A DNA stretch of 51,956 nt, from the NCBI GenBank assembly GCA_043822245.1, contig JBDRBY010000055.1:1-51956 (forward strand). Direction: 5' to 3'. Source of the stretch: Candidatus Omnitrophota bacterium (GTDB lineage Bacteria > Omnitrophota > Gorgyraeia > Tantalellales > Tantalellaceae). Shown in pieces: positions 40,801 through 49,800 of this stretch. Every line of letters begins with the position of its first letter. The stretch's first letter is position 1. The position numbers and the translations under genes are program-made. Below the pieces are notes generated by a model. That model saw nothing but the letters and a program-made list of their open reading frames with translations, was not told where the DNA came from and did not search any database.

Positions 40801-43800
40801 ATTTGTCATACGCCGCGATAGTTGTAACATTGCTTGTGTTACCGATTTTTTTGCCGTCAATGTGAGCGTTCATTAAAAAGCTTCCGCCGTAATCCTCAAA
40901 CATAAAATTCAGTTTACCGCCCGTAAGATACCCGCCTTCCGTAAAAAGAAATCCTTCTAAAAATGCCGCGTCGTTTATCTCTGATTCCATAAACGTTGCT
41001 TTAAAGATCTCCAAACTCGCGCGAAGAGACGCGGCATCTGTTACACTAACCCATCCTGAAGCTCTAATACCTTTTTCGTTTTCCCATGAAACCCGCGTTT
41101 CTACTTCACCGGGGCGATTTACACTAAAATGTTCGGTTACAGGGCCTTTATTGAATGATGCTTGAATTGTAAAGAAAGCTTCCGGGTTATATTCGTTATA
41201 CTCGAATTGTTTCATAAAATTCATCCACTCTTCAGGGTTAGAAAATTCCGCTTCTTGAACCATGCTTTTGAATAGTTCGCTATTAGGCATAACTGACATT
41301 TGGCCGTCCATGTTACAGCTTATCCAGCCTTGAACAAGCGTTCCGTCTTTGCTTATTTGCGCGACAAAGCGGGTGAGCCTTGTGTTTGTGCCTACGCGGA
41401 AAAGGCCTTTGTCCCCGTTTGCGAGGTTAAATTCCGTTTGAACGCTGAACACATTATCAGAATAGTCAAATAAAGACTCAAACTGACTCATAAAATCAGC
41501 GCAATTGCCGATTGTTGAGAGGTCAGATAGTTTCGCAATGTTTTTAAACACTTCGGACATGTCAAACAACGCGCCGGCCATGCCATTCATATCAATCGTG
41601 CGCCTGTACCCGGACTTAAGGTCAACTCGAGCGGTTGAAAACGCGAAATTCCCATTCATATCCTGCGCTATTATTTTAAGGGTCATAAATTGGGAATTGA
41701 TTGTAACATCCTCTATTGTCCGGCCTGTGAAGTCGGTTAATACTATGGCAAAATCTGTGTACTTGCCAAAGGCAGACGATTTTTCGTTCATAAATGTAAT
41801 CAAGTTATGTGTTACTGAAAGTTTTTGCGGGTTGATTTCATTTGTAAGTTTATCTGTAGTCTTCGCGAGTCTGTCGGCTAAGTTTATACCGGTTTCTCCT
41901 TGCATACGGCTTACAGCAATATAACCTTGCGCCGTAATGCCCGTGCCTTGATCTCGCACAAAATAGTTTTCGGTTAGATGGCCCGCGCTCATACTGCCTG
42001 ACCAGACATAGCCTCCAGTTTTTGTTTCGATATTTGCCTGGATAGTTACGTTACTCGCTATCTTAGGTTTTATGCCGTCAGTTACAAATGAATCGTCGCC
42101 AATCAAGGAGGCGAGGAGGGTGTATAAATTTTTATTATAGTCTTCCGCGTTCGCGGAAAGGACAGAGGATATAACCGCCATGAATTGCTGTGCTTGGCGG
42201 AATGTTTGCTCCAGCATTTCTTTTGATGTTAATCCGTCTGTATCTCGCACTGCCGTTGTTTGAAAACGTACAATATTACCGTTGTTCAAATTAACTGTTG
42301 TCCTTCTCTCTGTCACCGCATTGGCGGATACTCTTCTATTCCATTTAAAGCTATTATCTATTCCTGAAACACTAATATCTATCTCCGTTCCAAAGGCCAA
42401 TCTCGTGTTCATCCAATCGGCAAGGATATCATCGCTTTCTTTTCTTGTCCCAAAATTCGACACGGCTGATATTTCACGGCCAAACGCTGTCGATTTTGTA
42501 AACACTTCGTTTACCATTTGTATCGGAGTTAATATCGCGTCGCCATGTCCGCTGGGCACGGTAATTTCGTATGTTGTTATTGTCTGCTTTTGCTTGTCCA
42601 TTACAGATTTTACGAGGCTTATGTTTTCTTTTGACAGGCTCACGTCCCATAGGTGTTTGCCTTTGTCATTGTAGGCGCTTATGTCTATGCTGGCGTTTGG
42701 GCCGAGGTTGGTTATGCAGGCGGCGAGGGCGTGGATTCCCGCTTCCGCGGGAATGACAGAGGAAGACGCGGGAATGACAGAAGAAGTCGCGGGAATGACA
42801 GACTCAAGAGAGGATAACCTTGAGACTAAGAGATCTCCTGTTTCTCCCGGCAGGCGGCTCACGTTTATTTGACCAGTAAGGGTAAAACCGGTTTTTTTGT
42901 CTCTTAAAGAAAAGTTTTGAGATAATCCGTGGCTCGCTATTGTGCCTTGCCACAAATCGTTACCATTACAGTCACGCATATTCACTTCAAGGGTTATGTT
43001 AGAGCTCAACCGTGATGTGCTGAATGACGGCCCAAGCCATCCGTACTGCGATAATGACGCGCTGAAAATATCATCCCCAACCCAGTCAGCTAACAAATTA
43101 TGCCATTCTTGTTTATTCGAAAAATCTTTGCCGATATTTACGTCTTTTCTGAATTCTTCAAGATTAAACGCGGCAGAAACTAACATCTTCAGATAGCCCA
43201 ACTGTACACTGCCCACGCCGCGTTGCACGCTCGCGTTCACTCTCATCACATTTGCTGAAGCGTCTTTTATTGTTGCAATCTCTGTTACCCTGCTCGTTGA
43301 TATGCTCCCAGTCCATCTATGTTCACCTGAAAGCATAAAGGCACTGCCTCTAAGTTCGGTATAAGCGTCTAAGTTTTGTTTAGCCCAATCTGCCAAGAAG
43401 TAATTACGGGTGATTATTGTGCTAAAGTCTGCTGTCTTTTTTACCGCTGATTCAAAAGACGCGGAATTCAAAAAAACCTTTTCTATCATTTTTAAATCAC
43501 TCAAAGCCGCGCCGTCTTCACCCTTTCTAACCACAATCTGATAATTCACCTCACAAAACTTAAGTGAATCCATTACTTTTGTATTTTTGCTTACAGTTTT
43601 CCCTGCCAGGCTCACTGTCCATAAATGGTTTCCTTTCGCGCCGTAAGCGTTAATATCTAATTCTGCGTTCGCACCAAGTAGGGAATACTCTTTTGCCAAA
43701 AAGATGTTACGGGCATTTTCATCCAGAAGGTTTACATTTTCAACACGTTGTCTGAAACCTTCCGCTTTCAAAGACATCCTTTCTATCATTTGAAGGCCGG

Positions 43801-46800
43801 TTTCACCAGGTAAGCGGACTATATTTAACGCGCCTGTTGCTACTATCCCTGTGTTACCGATTCTGACAGAAAATTGTTCTGTCGCGGAATTCGCGCTTAT
43901 GGCGCCGGAGAAAAGGTCATTGCCTTTGGCGTCGTATAGAGTTACCTGCAGGCTTACATTGTTGTCAAGGCGGCCTGGGGTATGGATTCCCGCTTGCGCG
44001 GGAAGGACGAAGAGCGCGGGAAGGACGAAGGGGCGGGCATCGTCTCCTATGTAATTTGCTAATAACGCGTGAATTTCAGTCTCATTTGACAGAGTTGTTG
44101 TTTTTTTTATGTCTTTTCCAAAACTTGATAACTGAGATGATGCCTCTTCCAGCATCGTTTTGAAGTCGAGCGCGGCTAAACCTTCGCCCCATTCCACACG
44201 CGCTTCTACCTGCGCGATGTCCCCATTCGTATTTCTAAACATGCTTGGCTCTGTCACTAAATTCGGCGAAATGCTTCCCGTATAAATGTGTTCACCCGAT
44301 AGCGTATAAACGTTTGTTCTAATTTCCGTCCCCTGTTCAAGATTTTTAGCATAGTCTGACAGAAAATCCATAAACTGTTCTTTATTCGCGAAAGAAGCTT
44401 TCGCTACAGCGGTTTTAAAACTCGCTACTTCATGAGACGCGGCGCTAATCATTTCTGAATCCATGGTTATCGTAAACGCTCCAAGATGTGTCTTAACAAC
44501 TTCGATATTTACAATACAGTTCTTATCAAGATTCATACTGCTATCTCTTTTGCTTACGGCTGTTCTCTGCGAAACTCCTCTATCTAAAACTTTGCCGGCT
44601 GCGTCATACACGCTGATATCAATGCTTTCGCCAAGTATAAGCCTTGCGTTCTGAGCGGTTAAGAAGTCCTCTATCGTTTGCGCGCTCGTTAACTTCGCTT
44701 TAGCCGCGCTTTCTTTAAACACATTAGTAACCCATTCCAAGCGTTTTGCCATATCACCGCCGGCTTCGTCAGCAAGACGATTTACTGTTATACTCGCCGC
44801 GATTAGCGAGTGAGTGTCATGTTCTCTTACCGCGACGTCTTCTGTCATAGTGTTAGAAGTCAAAGAACCTGACATGAGCGAATCGCCTTTCGCGCCATAC
44901 ACTTCTATTCGCATAAACGTGTTATAGCCCAAACAAGCGTCCGCCCAGGAACTTAAAAAGTCCTTTCTTTCAGTGTCATCCGCGAAATTGACGCGTTTGG
45001 CTTTTACATCGCGTTCGAATTTCGCCTGAATCGTGTCCAACGCGTCTAACATCATATATATACTCACCGCTGAGTTATCGCTTCCGCGCGGTATAGTTAC
45101 CGGTGTATTTATAACATTTCCAAACTCGTCTTTAAACATTCTTGTGCCTGTCACAAAACTCGGCGAGATACTGCCTGTCCATTTATGCTCGCCGGACACC
45201 GTATCCACACTGATTCCCAATTCCATGCCGAAATTCGCGTTCGCGGCCATCCAGTCCGCTAAGTGCCGGTTTCTATTGTCAGCGTTTTCAAAGTTTAAAA
45301 AATCAGCGACTTTTGTCTTTCCTTTCAAAGACGCTTCAAATTCCGCTGATTTCATAAATAGCATACTAATTACCTGCTCGTTAGTTAACGCGGCGCTGTC
45401 TTCCATATTTCTGATTATTATCTCGTAATTCACTCTGCATCTTCCGATTGAATCCATTACTGAATTATTGATAGTGGCGCTTGTTGCGGCCAAACCTATT
45501 GTCCATAAATTCCTGCCATAGGCGTCTTGCGCGTTTATACGAATACTGGTTTGCATATCAAGTGAAGACTTTACACTTGTCAAAAAGATATTCCTGTCAT
45601 TTTCATTAAGGAATTTCGCTCGTTTTGCCAATGTCTCGAAATTAGACGCTGATAAAGACACTCTTTCCGCCATTTCACAGCCGTTTTCGTCGGACGTACG
45701 GCGGGTTGATGTTATACTGCCTGTTAGTAACGCGCCGTTATTCTCATTTCGTACCGTGAAGTTTTGCGTTATAGCGTTGTGTGAAACGCTTCCTGACCAT
45801 ACATAATCCCCGTTCGCGCGGTTATACGCGCTTAGCTGTATCGTCGCGTTATACTCAAGTCCCGTGTCCGCCAAAGAGCCTAAGAGGTTTGTTCTATCCT
45901 GTTCGTTCGCGAAATTGATTATGCCTTTTTCAAAATTCGCCTGCAGTCTTCCCGCCGCTTCCAGCATAACGTAATAGCTTAATTTAGCTTCGTCTTTACC
46001 CCGTGGCACAGCTACCTGGCTCATTCTCTCATTCTCAAACTTATCGTTTACCGGCCTTGTGTCAAGTAAAGATGCCGTAGTAATAGTGTATGAACCCTTA
46101 TACTTGCCTTCCCGGCTATACACATTTAGTATCAATTCAATATGAGAATTATCGTTATCTTTCATCCATTCAGCCAGAATCAGGTTTTTGATCTCTTCCG
46201 GTTCAAGATCAGTGAACCCGGGAAGCGCGGTTTTGCTTCTTAAAAATCCTTCAAAATTATCCGCTTTGAGAGACAGCATATCTATCGCCTGTTTGGGAGT
46301 TAATTCAGCGCCTTCCGCCAGGTCATTGATACTAAGCCGGTAATTTAGGTTACAGGTTCCGACAGAAACCATGGCCGAAACATTAGTATTCGAATTATCC
46401 GATGTTAAACCTTTTGTCCATAAATAATTTCCCTGCTTGTCATACGCGCTTATGCTAAGAGCGGTGTTTATATCAAGATTTGTTTTTACATCAGCCAAAA
46501 AGCGGCCGCTTTCCGTTTTATCAAGCAGGTTAACTCCCGCGGCTTTTGCTTTTACATCAGTTGATAATTGATGTAGGCGTTCTACCATTGCCTTGCCGCC
46601 CGCGCCGGGCAAACGGCTTTCAGAGTATTGAGACATTAATGTCACACCGCCCTCTTGTATGACACAATTCTCCGTAATGTTGTTTGAAGAAATGTTTCCT
46701 TGCCATACGTAGCCGCCTTTTGTATCGAAAACTTCACTATGGATCAGGATATTACCTTTTATTTGTGACGCGTTCCAATCCGGCGACAGGAAAAGCTCTC

Positions 46801-49800
46801 GGTTCGCTCCAAAGAAAGGCAGAGCGCTCGCGGGATCCTCGCCGATCCAAGATGCTGAAATCTTGTCCCATGATTCGCGGCTCGTAGCGGTTTCTGTGGC
46901 GGGCTTAAAATTTTTAAAGTCTGTTTCACGCGATACCGCCTCGAGAAATGCCTTCTCCATCATTTGTTCAAAACTTTCGCCAGGTTCACGAGTTTTGCTC
47001 ACCGTGTCGTTAGATAGTAACCCTGCTTCAGCGTTCGTTGCCGAATACATTATGGTCACATTTCTCAAAGAAGCGGTTATCTCTTTTCCCTCTAAAAGCC
47101 CTCTTACAAAAACATTTCCGGCGTCGTAATTAGTCTCGCTTCTTAAACTTTCTAACATACTTTTCGCGTCAAGAGAGTCACTAAACAAATTTGTTGTACA
47201 CACACCTGTCTTTTTACCTTCAACGTTATAACCAAATACCGCGCCATAACCTTTAAATGAACCGTTTAGGGTTATATCTGCCGGTAATAGGCCTGTGTCT
47301 TTTTGAATATTTTCGCGTGCCTCGTCAACTTCATGCTCCTCGGTAACCGCGCCGATAAAAAACGTGCCATAAAATTTATTTGTCTCGGTATTTACACTGT
47401 AAGAAGCTTTATGGCCTCCTATGCTTGTCAAAACTGAAATATTCCCAACCATTTTTCCCGTACGATTGCTAAAGAAATTGATAAGGTTGTCAACGTCTTC
47501 TTTTGTTGCCCAATCATTTTTGTCTTCAATATTCAGCGTAAGCAGTTTGTTACTAAGCCCGAATTGGCCCTTTATGCCGTACAAAGTTGCTATAAGGTAC
47601 ACCTGACTCGGCGCGAGTCCAAATTTTGCTGAAATATCTGTTCTTTTCTGCTCCAACTCCTCTGTATTTTTAACATAACCGACATCAATATTCGAAATGC
47701 TGACAGGCTCGCTGAGAAGCTTTTCACCGTCAAACTTAAACGTAAAATTCCCTTTTTCTCCTTTAAACATTCCGGATACGCTCACATAACCTGACGCGGC
47801 CATTTGCATGGCTGTTGTCAAAATCGTCATTTCAGCTCCGGCAACTTTATCTTTTATAGTGTCCATTACACCTTGAACCTTATCTAATGATACGCCGGAT
47901 AATCTTTTCTGAAGACTATTTAACGCGGCTTTGTTAAGACTGCCATCTTCGTCAAACACGGCGTTCGTCGAAGCCGAAGAATTCGCGCGCGCCTGCATGC
48001 CGAGCGAAGCAAGCAGAACACCGATATCCAGGTTACCGCACTTAATGCCTAAGGTTTTATTAAAATACTTGGTAAAATTATTCAAACCTTCGCTTTCCTC
48101 GCCTATTGATTTGAACATATTATCGAGCACAGTTGTATCTTCTTTTTCTTTCGCGCTTTGAATAAGGCTCGCGAGCCCTGTCAGCGTGTCTATGCCGGTA
48201 GTGCCTCTCGATTTTATTATGTCCCCAATTGCTGATTTCATATCACCGCAGTTTGACTTTGTAATCAGATTCATGGCTATAAGCATACGGGAGGCGGTAT
48301 TTTCTTCGTCATTTGACATAAGGGCAGACACCAACGCGTCAAAACGCATAATCTTAGCGCAATATTCAAGCGCAGGTAATAGTTTTACCGGATCGGTTTC
48401 CGCTTTCAAAGTGTTTTCCGAAGCTAATACGGCAAAAATATCATTCCTATTTTCTTTTTCCGCGAATTTACGGACAACTTCCATAAACGTTGGGTTCGGG
48501 CCGAGAGAGCCGAATAAAGACGGGAGCATGCCGTTTTTTGATAGAATGTCAGTAAATTTGTCGCCCGCTTTTTCTCCTTTTGATAATTTTATAAACACAG
48601 GCGCGGCTCTTGCCCATATTTCGACCTCGCCGTCCTGGCCCATCCTTATAGCGTCTAATAACGCGTTATTTAGAACCTTGTCTTTTATAACAGTCATTTT
48701 GCCGTCCAAAATAATACCGGTTGAAGAATCGCCTAATGATTTTGCGTTTAGTTTGGTTCCGCCGATTTTTTGGGATTTACCGGAGGCTTTGAATTCGTCG
48801 GTGACTATAACAATTTGATTTTCGGCGTCAAATAGGCTGTTGTTTTGGATGGTGATGTCTCCGGTCATGAAATCTTCGTCAATTTTAAACACCATTGTTT
48901 TGCCGGCGCTGTCAGCTCCGGCTCCGGGAGACGCGGAACCGCCAACGTTGTTTATGATATAAGTGCCTGAGCTCAGGTGAACTTCAGCTTTGGCATTGGC
49001 AATGTTGAGAGCGCCTTTTTTGAATTCAATGATTCCGCCTTTTTGTATTTTTATCCATTCATCTGTTCCCCTACTTGTTAAGGATAGATCATCTTTGAGT
49101 TTTTCGCCGAAAAGGCCTAAAGAGAGCTCTACCGTGCCGGTTAATTCAAATTTCTGTTTACCTCCTTTTAAACGCACGGTTATCGCGTTATTGCTATCCG
49201 CTGTCAATAACGCGGTAACTTCGCCGGTATTATTATTCATGCTCACGTTTTCATACCCATTATCCCGCCAGTATTTTATTATTTCATTTGCGGGCCTGTA
49301 GCCGCTCTTTGCCGAGAACGGCCATATGAGCGCGCCGTTTTTATTAACTTCACATATCACATATGGACGCGTGCTATCTCTAAAAAACGCGAGTTTTCCC
49401 ACAAGGGTTTCTTCTGTGCCATCAATAAAGACATCGAACATGCGCTCTTCCGCGCCATATACAGGTTTTATATAGACAATATCTTGTGGATTAATCCCCA
49501 ATTGTTTTCGTACTGAGTCAGTGAACCAGGCCTCGAGTTTCGCGTTGCCTTGGACGGAGAAGCGGGAGATTGCTTCGGCCGCTTCGGGGCGGGTGGCGGG
49601 CGCCATTACCAGTGTTGGGGTTGTTAAGGGTTGGGGCGCAAGAGAGCTGTCAATCGATATTCCATAGTCCACAGTTTGTGGCGAATCTTGTTGGCCTACA
49701 TACTCAGCTCCTTGGAAATCGGTTACAATTACCGGGCTCCAATAAGGCATCGTAGGGCTCCAGAAAGATTGAGACGCGAGTGAAATGGGCGGCGCGTATA

